From positions 108,455-172,454 of the forward strand of contig JBDRNC010000018.1 in NCBI GenBank assembly GCA_043811535.1: a DNA stretch of 64,000 nt, in the 5' to 3' direction. Made by a program: the position numbers and the translations under genes. The notes below the pieces were generated by a model, which was not told where the DNA came from, searched no databases, and saw only the letters and a list, made by a program, of their open reading frames with translations. Origin of the DNA: Elusimicrobiota bacterium. GTDB taxonomy: Bacteria; Elusimicrobiota; Endomicrobiia; Endomicrobiales; JBDRNC01. Positions 18,968-27,644 of this stretch are shown here, piece by piece; the first letter of the stretch is position 1; the number at the start of each line of letters is the position of its first letter.

Positions 18968-18996
18968 TTTACAAGGCGGTGAATTAACGCTATAAT
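18968..18996 (+). promoter_or_regulatory. Consensus sigma70 promoter TTTACA-N17-TATAAT for the AmmeMemoRadiSam operon
   Basis: Seen directly about 45 nt upstream of ATG 19041. Confidence 0.6.
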
Positions 18997-19040
18997 TCCT
19001 TTAAAGGCAGTGATTAGTGGTAAGTTATAAGGACTAAAAA

Positions 19041-20123
19041 ATGAAAATAACCATGATTAGAAACATTCTGCTTGCCATTCTCTTTTCTCTCGTTCTCTGC
19101 TCTCCCGTTTCCGCGGCGCAGGACGCGAGGTACTGGGAGAAGCTTGATTCGGGCGATATCCAGTGCCTCCTGTGCCCGCGCGAGTGCGTCATACCCGAAG
19201 GCGAGACCGGTTACTGCACGACGCGCAAGAATGAAGACGGCGTCCTGAAATCCCTTGTTTACGCTCAGTTGGTTTCAATGAACGTTGACCCCATAGAAAA
19301 GAAACCGCTTTTCCATTTCCTTCCCGGCACCGATATCCTGTCCGTAGCGACCGCGGGATGCAACCTCAGGTGCAGTTTCTGCCAGAACTGGAACATCTCA
19401 CAGGTAAAACCGGATGAAGTTGAGTCAGTCAACGTTTCCCCCATGGAACTTGTAAAGATCGCGAAGAGGAGGAAATGCCCGTCCATCGCCTATACCTACA
19501 ACGAACCCACGGTTTTCGCCGAATATGTCTTTGACTCAGCGGCGCTCGCAAGGAAACAGGGCGTCAAGACGGCGATGGTCACGTGCGGCTATACGAACCC
19601 CAAACCGCTGAAGGAGCTTTGTTCGGTCATTGACGCCGCAAGCGTTGACCTGAAAGGTTTTTCGGACACGGTTTACCGCAAAGTCGCGGGAGCGAAGCTC
19701 CAGCCGTTCCTTGATTCATTGAAAATCTACAAAGAAAACGGCGTCTGGCTGGAAGTCGGCTATCTTGTGATACCCACGCTCAACGACAGCAACGAGGAAT
19801 TGAAGGCGTTCGCTGACTGGATTTATAAAAACCTCGGGCCCGACGTTCCGATGCACTTCCTGAGGTTTTTTCCCCAGCACAAAATGACCAATCTTCCGCC
19901 GACACCGCTGGAAACGATGGAGAAGGCGTATAACATAGCCAGGAAGGCCGGCATGAGGTACGTCTATCTCGGCAACGTGGCGGGCCACAATTCGGAAAAT
20001 ACATACTGCCACAAGTGCGGCAAGATGATAATTGAGCGCAAAGGATATATCATACAGCAGATAAACATGAAAGACGGCAAGTGCGGCTTCTGCGGCCAAA
20101 AGATACCGGGGATATGGAAGTAG
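19041..20123 (+). CDS. AmmeMemoRadiSam system radical SAM enzyme, with an N-terminal signal-peptide-like extension
   Basis: CNLRCSFCQNW (CxxxCxxC), an upstream Cys motif QCLLCPRECV...YCTTR and a C-terminal Cys pair. The family-typical YWEKL start is preceded by MKITMIRNILLAILFSLVLCSPVSAAQDA. Confidence 0.8.
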   Translation: MKITMIRNILLAILFSLVLCSPVSAAQDARYWEKLDSGDIQCLLCPRECVIPEGETGYCTTRKNEDGVLKSLVYAQLVSMNVDPIEKKPLFHFLPGTDILSVATAGCNLRCSFCQNWNISQVKPDEVESVNVSPMELVKIAKRRKCPSIAYTYNEPTVFAEYVFDSAALARKQGVKTAMVTCGYTNPKPLKELCSVIDAASVDLKGFSDTVYRKVAGAKLQPFLDSLKIYKENGVWLEVGYLVIPTLNDSNEELKAFADWIYKNLGPDVPMHFLRFFPQHKMTNLPPTPLETMEKAYNIARKAGMRYVYLGNVAGHNSENTYCHKCGKMIIERKGYIIQQINMKDGKCGFCGQKIPGIWK

Positions 20124-20176
20124 ATTGAAGACGGAAGACAGAAGAATGAAGCAAACCCAAAAACATGGAACAATAA

Positions 20177-21727
20177 ATGAAAATACATTCTTTATTTAAT
20201 AAGTACTTCCATCTTCCTTCTTCCATCTTCCGTCTCGTCCTGGCTTCCATCTTCCTTCTTCCATCTTCCGTCTTGCCTGCCGTCAGGCAGGCAGCAGTGG
20301 CGGGGCAGTTCTATCCCGATAATCCCAATGAGCTTTCGGCCATGGTTCAGAATTATCTTGACCAGGTGCCCGCGATAGCGCTTGACGGCGAGCCGGTCGC
20401 GGTCATGGTTCCGCACGCGGGATATATTTTCTCGGCAAAAACCGCGGCATACGCTTTCAAACTGATAGAGCAGACCGGCGCGGAAAACGTGATACTCATC
20501 GGCAACAGCCACCGTTTTTATCTAAGCAAAGGCGCTGTTGTTTCCGAAGGCAAATTCAAGACGCCGCTCGGAGAAGTGGAAATAAACAGCGAACTCGCCA
20601 GGAAAATCCTGGCAAACACTGCGCTGCTGGAAGAAAACGCGCAGGCGCACGCGCCGGAACACTCGCTTGAAGTTGAACTCCCGTTTTTGCAGAAAACACT
20701 TAAGAAATTCAGGATAGTGCCCATACTTTTAAGCGAAATGCCGGTTTCAAGGTGCGAAGCGATAGGAAAGGCAATTGGAAAGGCGGTCGCGGAACTCGGG
20801 ATTAGCAAAAAAACCATCATAGTGGCCTCAAGCGACATGTCCCACTATCCCCGTTACAAAGACGCGAAAATCTCGGATAACAGGATACTGGAATCCGTTA
20901 AGAAATTTGACCCCGCGGTATTGGCGGCGACTGACGCGGCGATAAAAAGAGATAATATTTCCGAACTTCAATGCACGCTCTGCGGGCTTGAATCAGTCTG
21001 CGCGGCGATGTACGCGGCCAGGTATCTCGGCGCGACTTCGGTAAAAGTGCTTAACTACACGAACTCCGGCGACGCTTCCGGCGATACGTCAAGAGTGGTC
21101 GGATACGGCTCCGTAGTGTTCTATAGACCCGGAAAGATTATAAAAACAGCCGTAAAAGAGGTAAAGGCCATGGATGAATTCAAGGTAAGCGAGAAAGGGC
21201 AGAAAGCCCTGCTGAAGATCGCCAGGGAATCCATTGAAAGCTATCTGAAAACCAAAAAACTTCCGTCTTTTGACGTTACCGACAAGGAGCTTCTCGCGCC
21301 GGGCGCGGTTTTCGTAACACTTACCGAAAAAGGCGGCTTGCGCGGATGCATAGGCACTACCGTAGCCCAATCGCCGCTTTACCAGGCAGTGAGCCAGCTG
21401 GCTGTCGCGGCCGCTGTGGAGGACACGCGCTTTCCGGAAGTAACGGCCGGCGAGCTGAAAGATATACACATCGAAATATCGGTGCTTTCACCGCTGACTA
21501 GAATTAAGAACGCTGATGAAATACTCCCCAACAAGCACGGCGTTGTAGTCAGAAAAGGTTTCAGAAGCGGGCTGTTCCTACCCCAGGTCTGGGAACATTT
21601 CAACAAAAAAGAAGATTTCATGGACGAGCTCTGCTGGCAAAAGGCGGGCCTTGACCGCAATGCCTGGAAAACCAGTGAAGTAGAGTTATATATATTCACG
21701 GTATTCGCGTTTGAAGAAAGCAAATGA
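20177..21727 (+). CDS. Fusion of AmmeMemoRadiSam system protein B (Memo-like) and protein A (AMMECR1 domain), with an N-terminal hydrophobic extension
   Basis: Memo motif AVAGQFYPDNPNEL...MVPHAGYIFS in the N-terminal half. AMMECR1 motif LRGCIGTTVAQSPLY in the C-terminal half. About 37 aa of hydrophobic leader precede it. Confidence 0.75.
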   Translation: MKIHSLFNKYFHLPSSIFRLVLASIFLLPSSVLPAVRQAAVAGQFYPDNPNELSAMVQNYLDQVPAIALDGEPVAVMVPHAGYIFSAKTAAYAFKLIEQTGAENVILIGNSHRFYLSKGAVVSEGKFKTPLGEVEINSELARKILANTALLEENAQAHAPEHSLEVELPFLQKTLKKFRIVPILLSEMPVSRCEAIGKAIGKAVAELGISKKTIIVASSDMSHYPRYKDAKISDNRILESVKKFDPAVLAATDAAIKRDNISELQCTLCGLESVCAAMYAARYLGATSVKVLNYTNSGDASGDTSRVVGYGSVVFYRPGKIIKTAVKEVKAMDEFKVSEKGQKALLKIARESIESYLKTKKLPSFDVTDKELLAPGAVFVTLTEKGGLRGCIGTTVAQSPLYQAVSQLAVAAAVEDTRFPEVTAGELKDIHIEISVLSPLTRIKNADEILPNKHGVVVRKGFRSGLFLPQVWEHFNKKEDFMDELCWQKAGLDRNAWKTSEVELYIFTVFAFEESK

Positions 21728-21828
21728 CCGTAGGTCCCATCTCGGTCATCCCCGAAGGTCTTAATCGGGGATCCACTTAATAGTAACGTGGATTCCCGCT
21801 TTCGCGGGAATGACAGATTCATTCACAT

Positions 21829-22431
21829 ATGATAAATGGTTTCTTATTAGGTTTATCCAACAATCTCTTCTGTTTCCTGAACTGCGCCGTGGTATTCATC
21901 CCCTACGCGCTGGCATCCAAAAACAAATCTTACATCTCGATAACCCTCTTCATGGCGGGGCGGCTGATAGCCTACGTATTTTTCGGTTTTGCCGCCGGTT
22001 ACACGAGCTTATACTTTGACGGGCGCATTGACCCGCTCTATTACCATTTTTTCACTCTCCTGATGTCGCTTTGGCTCATCGCGTTCGCGCTGGGAAAATT
22101 GAATCTCAAGCTTTCCGCGTGCGCGTGGATGGGCAGCAGATTTTCGGGAAAGACCTTCCCGCTTTTTCTGGGAATCCTGATGGGTCTGAACATCTGCCCG
22201 CCGTTCATGCTGGGGCTGAGCGAAACACTGCAGATGAGCAGCGTGCTGAAGCCGGTCGTTTTCTTTCTGGGGTTTTATCTGGGCTCCAGCCTGTGGCTTC
22301 TTGTTTTTCTTTTCACAGGGAAGCTCGCGCAGCTCAAATTCATCAGTTTGTCTGCCAAGATAATCTCACTTCTCGTAGGACTCTACTACTTCGGAATATC
22401 CGTTTCAAAATTGGCATACTTTATCTTATAA
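21829..22431 (+). CDS. Hypothetical polytopic membrane protein with Cys-containing TM motifs (FCFLNC, NICPPF), possibly partnered with the AmmeMemoRadiSam genes
   Basis: 200 aa with about 6 TM helices. It sits about 100 bp downstream on the same strand. No confident family assignment. Confidence 0.45.
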   Translation: MINGFLLGLSNNLFCFLNCAVVFIPYALASKNKSYISITLFMAGRLIAYVFFGFAAGYTSLYFDGRIDPLYYHFFTLLMSLWLIAFALGKLNLKLSACAWMGSRFSGKTFPLFLGILMGLNICPPFMLGLSETLQMSSVLKPVVFFLGFYLGSSLWLLVFLFTGKLAQLKFISLSAKIISLLVGLYYFGISVSKLAYFIL

Positions 22432-22435
22432 CAAC

Positions 22436-22551
22436 GATTACACCGATTTTTAACAAAGATTACACGGATAATTAATCTGTGGAATCAGTTGTAAATCTGT
22501 GTAATCGTCTTAATTAATCTGCGTAATCGCTGTTTGTTATCTGTGTAATCG
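22436..22551. repeat. GATTACAC 13-mer array: 2 forward plus 5 reverse-orientation copies downstream of glnK
   Basis: gattacaccgatt, gattacacggata, then aatctgtggaatc, aatctgtgtaatc, aatctgcgtaatc, tatctgtgtaatc at 20-23 bp spacing. Confidence 0.75.
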
Positions 22552-22559
22552 TAGTATAA

Positions 22560-22628
22560 AAGAAGAAGGACCCGGGTGACGCCCAACCCTTTCCGGCCCA
22601 ACGGAAAGGTACCCGAGCCCTTCAAAAT
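22560..22628 (-). terminator. Long GC-rich imperfect hairpin followed by U-tract on the minus strand; probable glnK terminator
   Basis: GAAGGACCCGGGT...CCCTTTCCG..CGGAAAGG...ACCCGAGCCCTTC; the minus strand continues UUCUUCUUUU. Confidence 0.4.
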
Positions 22629-22708
22629 AAATTACAGATTCCAGATTACAAATTTAACGTCTTTAAGTCTTCAATATGTAATCTGTAATTTCCAATTTGT
22701 AATTGTTT

Positions 22709-23068
22709 CTATCCTATCGCTTCGCAGCTGCACTCGCCGGTGCGAATCCTGACGCACTCGGGCAGGTCAAGGATAAATATCTTGCCGTCGCCTACCTCTC
22801 CCGTCCTGGCGCCCTTTATGATGGCGTCAACAGTCGGCTTGACGAAGTTGTCGTTTACCGCTATCTCAATCCTCGTCTTTTTCAGGAGATTTCCGGTCTC
22901 TTTTACTCCGCGATAGATCTCGGTAATGCCTTTTTGCCTGCCATGCCCCAGGACTTGGCTGACGGTTATGAGGTTGACCTCCGCTTGGTACAATTCCTTC
23001 TTAACTGCATCCAATCTGTCCGGCTGGATTACTGCGATAATTAGTTTCATATTGAGCTCCTTGAACAC
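22709..23068 (-). CDS. glnK: Nitrogen regulatory protein P-II (GlnK type, paired with amtB)
   Basis: MKLIIAVIQP...GDGKIFILDL...RIRTGE. The C-terminus ends in the Cys-containing tail ECSCEAIG. It has the conserved leader. Confidence 0.9.
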   Translation of the reverse strand: MFKELNMKLIIAVIQPDRLDAVKKELYQAEVNLITVSQVLGHGRQKGITEIYRGVKETGNLLKKTRIEIAVNDNFVKPTVDAIIKGARTGEVGDGKIFILDLPECVRIRTGECSCEAIG

Positions 23069-23125
23069 CTAAAGTGTTGTTCTGAATTGCCTTACGTGAA
23101 ATACCCGTCAGGATATTGAACGTTT
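23069..23125 (-). promoter_or_regulatory. Conserved 5' leader motif copy upstream of glnK
   Basis: CCTGACGGGTATTTCACGTAAGGCAATTCAGAACAACACTTTAGGTGTTCAAGGAGCTCAAT-ATG. Confidence 0.55.
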
Positions 23126-23353
23126 TATTTGTGCGAAACCCCTCTTCACTTCGTTTCGGGGGCGTTCCAGTCCCGCCAACGGCGGGAATAGACTCCTTAC
23201 ATATTTCATCCCCCCTTGTGGGGGAGGATTAAGGTGGGGGGTATCGAACATTTTCACCCTCACCCTGCCCCTCGGCACCCCCATCTACGGAAATCCCAGT
23301 GGGGAAGCACACTGTGCTTCCCCCTATCATCAAGGGAGAGGGTATAATTAATT

Positions 23354-24601
23354 TTACTCTAATATCGTATACGCGCCCTCGTGGTGTTCCGCAAGGTCAA
23401 GGCCCATATTCTCCTCTTTTTCTTTAACACGCATTCCGAGCGTAAGGTCAACGGCCTTGAAGATGACCGCCGTTCCGGCAACCGTGTAAAGAATCGTGGC
23501 GCCGGATGCAAGTATTTGCGTGAACAACTGCTTGGCGTTGCCGAAGAACAGACCGTCGGCTCCAGCTGAATTCACCGCTACACTCGCGAATAATCCCGTG
23601 GCCAGCGCCCCGAACAATCCGCCAACCCCGTGAACACCGAACGCGTCAAGCGCGTCGTCGTAACCAAGTTTCGGCTTGACAACCGCGACCATGAAGAAGC
23701 ATAACGCGCTAACGAGAAGCCCGATTATCATTGCCGGCACAATGCTCACAAAGCCGCAGGCGGGCGTTATCGCTACAAGTCCCGCGACAGCGCCCGTAGC
23801 CACCCCTAGGGTAGTCGGCTTCCCGCTGAATATCCACTCAAGCAGGGCCCATGACAAGCCCGCCGCGGCTGTCGCCGTGTTGGTCGTGACAAAAGCGTTA
23901 ACCGCCAGGCCGTTGGCTCCAAGCGCGCTTCCAGCGTTGAATCCGAACCATCCGAACCACAGGAGCCCGGCTCCCATGACGGTAAATGGAATATTATGCG
24001 GCGCCATAGGAGCGTTTTCATACCCCTTTCTTCTTCCTATCATAAGCGCCGTTACAAGCGCCGCGAAACCGGCGTTGATGTGAACGACTGTGCCGCCCGC
24101 GAAATCAAGCGCGCCCATACCCCTCAGCCACCCGCCGACGCCCCATACCCAGTGTGCTACCGGGTCATAGACGAACGTAGCCCATAACAAACTAAATAGC
24201 AGGAAAGAAGAGAACTTCATCCTTTCCGCGAACGCTCCTATGATAAGCGCGGGCGTAATGACCGCGAACATCATTTGGAATATCATAAACAGTTGGTGCG
24301 GTATCGTGGCGGCATAGGCGGGATACGGCTCCATGCCTACCCCGTTCAGCGCGAACCATTTAAGCGAGCCGATGAACCCGTTTCCCGGCGAAAAAGCCAG
24401 GCTGTAGCCGAACAGGATCCATTGCAAGCTGATGACGCACAGCATTATCGCGCATTGCATCAGCACGCCCAAGACGTTTTTTCTCCTTACGAGCCCGCCG
24501 TAGAAGAGCGCCAGCCCCGGCAGCGTCATCAAAAGGACCAGCGCAGTGGAGATAAGCATCCACGCCGTGTCACCGGTATCTACCTTTATCAATGTGTTCA
24601 T
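23354..24601 (-). CDS. amtB: Ammonium transporter Amt
   Basis: 11-TM Amt signature (DFAGGTVVHINAGFAALV, GAxAxR-like regions). The start is at MNTLIK (GGAGGATAAG upstream). Confidence 0.9.
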   Translation of the reverse strand: MNTLIKVDTGDTAWMLISTALVLLMTLPGLALFYGGLVRRKNVLGVLMQCAIMLCVISLQWILFGYSLAFSPGNGFIGSLKWFALNGVGMEPYPAYAATIPHQLFMIFQMMFAVITPALIIGAFAERMKFSSFLLFSLLWATFVYDPVAHWVWGVGGWLRGMGALDFAGGTVVHINAGFAALVTALMIGRRKGYENAPMAPHNIPFTVMGAGLLWFGWFGFNAGSALGANGLAVNAFVTTNTATAAAGLSWALLEWIFSGKPTTLGVATGAVAGLVAITPACGFVSIVPAMIIGLLVSALCFFMVAVVKPKLGYDDALDAFGVHGVGGLFGALATGLFASVAVNSAGADGLFFGNAKQLFTQILASGATILYTVAGTAVIFKAVDLTLGMRVKEKEENMGLDLAEHHEGAYTILE

Positions 24602-24638
24602 CTTATCCTCCACAATTTATCCGTGCAATTCCGAAGTA

Positions 24639-24720
24639 GTAATCTGTGTAATCTCGTTAATAATCCGTGTAATCGTTGTCTGGAATCTGTGTAATCTTTG
24701 TTTTAAGCCGCGTAATCGTC
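24639..24720. repeat. GATTACAC 13-mer array within the amtB 5' leader (4 copies)
   Basis: aatctgtgtaatc, aatccgtgtaatc, aatctgtgtaatc, gccgcgtaatc. Confidence 0.7.
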
Positions 24721-24829
24721 TCAAATAAAAAAGCCCGCTTTCCCTTTCACAGGGTTAAAGCAGGCATCTTTACCTGAATTGCTATGAGGAACTACCGTGT
24801 CCCTCTATTAATTATCTTCGAAATCGCTT

Positions 24830-24940
24830 TTCGAATCAGTGTAATCGTCTTTGAAATAGAAAAAGCCCTCAAATCAACCTTTGACCTGAGGACTTCCTTG
24901 TCCTATATGTATATTATACTCAAAAAATAATTTCTGTCAA
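24830..24940 (-). promoter_or_regulatory. Promoter plus conserved leader: hexaloop hairpin and intrinsic-terminator attenuator upstream of amtB-glnK (copy 1)
   Basis: On the minus strand, TTGACA-N16-TATAAT, then AGGACAAGGAAGUCCU (loop AAGGAA), then CCUCAGGUCA...UGAUUUGAGGG followed by CUUUUUCUAUUUC, then GATTACAC motifs. Confidence 0.5.
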
Positions 24941-25016
24941 GTGGGCATGCAAATAAGGATTTGAAAGCTCGTATTTCACGACGAAAAACCACATCCGGCC
25001 GATCCTGACGGACAGG

Positions 25017-27602
25017 TCACGGCCTGAAACAAACGATATTCTGCGACACTATATCGGCCATGACCTGGAGCTCGCCCTCTTTCAGGTCGTACACTTTCAC
25101 GATCCCCCCGTGCTTGGTCTCCCCGCCCATAATTCCGGAAAGAATATCGTCATACTTATCCAGAAATTTATCATTGAAGAAGGCCTTATCCCTTGACGCG
25201 AATATCGCCACGTAAAAGATGTTCGTTTCAACCAGATCCTGAAAAAAGTGCGTTCCGAACGACAGTTCGGGACTGACGTGACCGCCGGAGTATTCAAGCT
25301 CGACCAGAACAGAAATATTGTTTATCTCCGCGAAACTCACAGGAACACCCAGGGAAGGCGTCGATGTCCCCCACCTTCCGGGCCCGACAAGCAGCGCCGG
25401 CAGTTTATCCCTGTCGTCTATGCGCTTGTTCAGGTTCCCGACCAGCCTCGCTACCTCATATTTTTCCGGTATTGTAAGCTTGTCATACTTAGCGGGGTCA
25501 ACGTATATTATCCTCTTTATATACTGGGCAATGTTGCCTCCCATGAAATTGCCGTGAGACTGAAAAAGAATGTTCTCTTTTTTTACGTTTAAGGGTATTT
25601 CTACTTTTTTTCCATATCCGATCGTCTGCAAAGGCCTGCATTGAAGCAGGTTTAGTTTGAAATCATCTTTTTCCGTGAAATTCAGCGTGAATTCTATGTC
25701 AACCGGATACTGGTAAGTATTCTCAAGAGTTTTCATCAGCCTTTGCATAATATCCTTGAACGGGGTTTCCGTGAAGAGTTTATTGAAACTGATGATCCAG
25801 GATTCCCGGCCTTTCATTCCGAGTTCCTTCATCTTATTCGTGGTTTCGCGGTCTTCCGCGCCTATGAATTTCATCTCAACGCCGGGTTTCTGCGCCATGA
25901 GTTCGGAAATCGGCATTTCCTGCAGTTCATTCGCCTCAATATTCAGAAGGTCTATCTTATGCTGGGAAAATTCCCTGTCATCCTCTTTGCCGGCGTTCGG
26001 CCTTAGCAGAGGATCGTCCAGCGCCGCAATCCTGGGATAATCGTCCTCCACGCGGTTTACGGCTCTTGTCCCGAGGCCGAAAACGAGCCGCAGCATCCCG
26101 GCCTTCGGGTCCATGTTCTCTTTCCATGTAAAAGTGTTGTGGGATATTCCTACGCCCGCGGCGTCAGGAAAGAAATAACTGCCGCGGTTCGAGCCTGAAA
26201 CCCTTTGTATGAGCAGAGCCATTTGCTCATCCTGCTGGTCAAGGCCGCGCTGCAGCCTGTAAGTCAGCGCGTCTTCGCTCATAGTGCTTGAAAATATTTT
26301 TTTGACGACTTCTTCTATCTTTCTGTATCTTTCTTCGGGGCTCCCCTGGTTTACCACGAAAATACTCTCGTATTTCCCGGCGAAAGCGTTCCCGAAACTG
26401 TCTTCCAGCAGACTGCTGGAACGGATGATTATCGGCGACTGTCCGAAATACTCTATCATCTCCCACAGCTGCTCCTTTAATTCATCAGGAAGCTTGCCGG
26501 TCATCATCCTCTGTTTCAGCTCGTCCGCCACCCTGAAATATCCTTCTTTCGTCCGCTGCTCCATCCGGAGCTTCCAAAGCCCGTTCTGAACCAGATATTT
26601 ATAGAAAACATCCGAACCTATATAGAATGAATCATGCGGTTCAAGATAATCGCCCCAGTTGACAGATTTTTCCTTCTGGAGTATTTTCCTTGAGAGGAGC
26701 ATGCCCACGGCTTTCCCGCCGATATACCCCGTGCCGATAAGCCGCGATTTGATGTTTAACAGGTCATCAATGGAAAAATTGCTTCTCGCGAGGGCAAGCA
26801 TCCTTTTTTCGCGCCCGATCATTATCTTGCACAACAGGTTTATCATCTCAAATTTCTTGTCAAGCGAAGTTGAGCTCAGCAATTCCTCCGCCTTGATGAA
26901 AAGGCGGTCCCAGTAGTCAAGGTTCCGCTCGGCGTTTTCCAGGCCTTTTTTAGAGATATACGAGAATAGTTTAGCAGTTTCCACTGAATTCGTGAGCGGC
27001 GTGAAGCTATCGCCCTCCTTCATGTGGGGCAGGAACATCGTCGGAGAATAGCGGTTCCATACCTTTAAAGGATGTATGTAATATTTCCCTTCAAAATCAT
27101 AGAGGTCTATAAGCAGCTGGGTTGTCTCTCTGATGCGCGCGATGGTCTTGTAGGAGTGGTTGTTGCGGAGTATCGCAAAATACGTGATGGTGTCTAATTC
27201 AAACAGGTAGGGACATGTAACCATGAAAAAGTTGCCTATCATGGAATCGCTGGCCCACGCCACGAGCAGGTCGGTAAGGCAGTCAAAGACGTAATAAACG
27301 CCCGCGCCTTTTTCCCTTATTATTTCATGGACCTGGGTTGAAAAGGATTCAAAGCCGTTATTCGCGTCAAGCGTGCAGACCGTGACTCCGTCTCCGGCTT
27401 CCAGGAGCTGTTCGTGCGCGGCAAAGCGCATGTACACGACCTTCTTCTTCTCCTGAAGCGCCTTTTTGACAAGTGGCCTTACAAAAACCTTATAATCTTT
27501 TATGTCGTCCAGCTGCCAGACGATGTTATCCCCGTCCCTTAGATAATTCAGGACATTATCCAGCCCTGAGAGCCCGGTGCTTGGCCAAACTGATGGTTTC
27601 AT
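25017..27602 (-). CDS. PEP/pyruvate-binding (PPDK_N) domain protein of unusual architecture (PEP synthase-like, no recognisable phosphohistidine domain)
   Basis: The central PPDK_N region reads LNIKSRLIGTGYIGGKAVGMLLSRKIL...IIRSSSLLEDSFGNAFAGKYES. The N-terminal 250 aa resemble a KaiC/RecA-like fold without a P-loop. No GGxTSHAAI motif is seen. Confidence 0.55.
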   Translation of the reverse strand: MKPSVWPSTGLSGLDNVLNYLRDGDNIVWQLDDIKDYKVFVRPLVKKALQEKKKVVYMRFAAHEQLLEAGDGVTVCTLDANNGFESFSTQVHEIIREKGAGVYYVFDCLTDLLVAWASDSMIGNFFMVTCPYLFELDTITYFAILRNNHSYKTIARIRETTQLLIDLYDFEGKYYIHPLKVWNRYSPTMFLPHMKEGDSFTPLTNSVETAKLFSYISKKGLENAERNLDYWDRLFIKAEELLSSTSLDKKFEMINLLCKIMIGREKRMLALARSNFSIDDLLNIKSRLIGTGYIGGKAVGMLLSRKILQKEKSVNWGDYLEPHDSFYIGSDVFYKYLVQNGLWKLRMEQRTKEGYFRVADELKQRMMTGKLPDELKEQLWEMIEYFGQSPIIIRSSSLLEDSFGNAFAGKYESIFVVNQGSPEERYRKIEEVVKKIFSSTMSEDALTYRLQRGLDQQDEQMALLIQRVSGSNRGSYFFPDAAGVGISHNTFTWKENMDPKAGMLRLVFGLGTRAVNRVEDDYPRIAALDDPLLRPNAGKEDDREFSQHKIDLLNIEANELQEMPISELMAQKPGVEMKFIGAEDRETTNKMKELGMKGRESWIISFNKLFTETPFKDIMQRLMKTLENTYQYPVDIEFTLNFTEKDDFKLNLLQCRPLQTIGYGKKVEIPLNVKKENILFQSHGNFMGGNIAQYIKRIIYVDPAKYDKLTIPEKYEVARLVGNLNKRIDDRDKLPALLVGPGRWGTSTPSLGVPVSFAEINNISVLVELEYSGGHVSPELSFGTHFFQDLVETNIFYVAIFASRDKAFFNDKFLDKYDDILSGIMGGETKHGGIVKVYDLKEGELQVMADIVSQNIVCFRP

Positions 27603-27644
27603 CCGTTATCCCCTTGATTTACATTTATCATCTGTGTAATCGCT

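Noticed and set aside
22560-22628. GC-rich structured element considered as a tRNA or small ncRNA gene
   Set aside because: 1. It has no cloverleaf, T-loop GTTC or anticodon architecture.
2. It is followed by a U-tract on the minus strand directly downstream of glnK, so an intrinsic terminator is the simpler explanation.
24614-24640. Sigma54 (-24 GG / -12 GC) promoter upstream of amtB (GGAATTGCACGG)
   Set aside because: 1. The spacing between the GG and GC elements does not fit TGGCAC-N5-TTGCA.
2. A consensus sigma70 promoter and an attenuator are present further upstream instead.
22436-24720. GATTACAC 13-mer arrays considered as a CRISPR array
   Set aside because: 1. The repeat unit is only 13 bp with 9-bp spacers. 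CRISPR needs repeats of about 24-48 bp and spacers of about 26-72 bp.
2. The spacers are not diverse protospacer-like sequences.
3. Copies occur in both orientations within one array.
4. No cas genes are present in the window.
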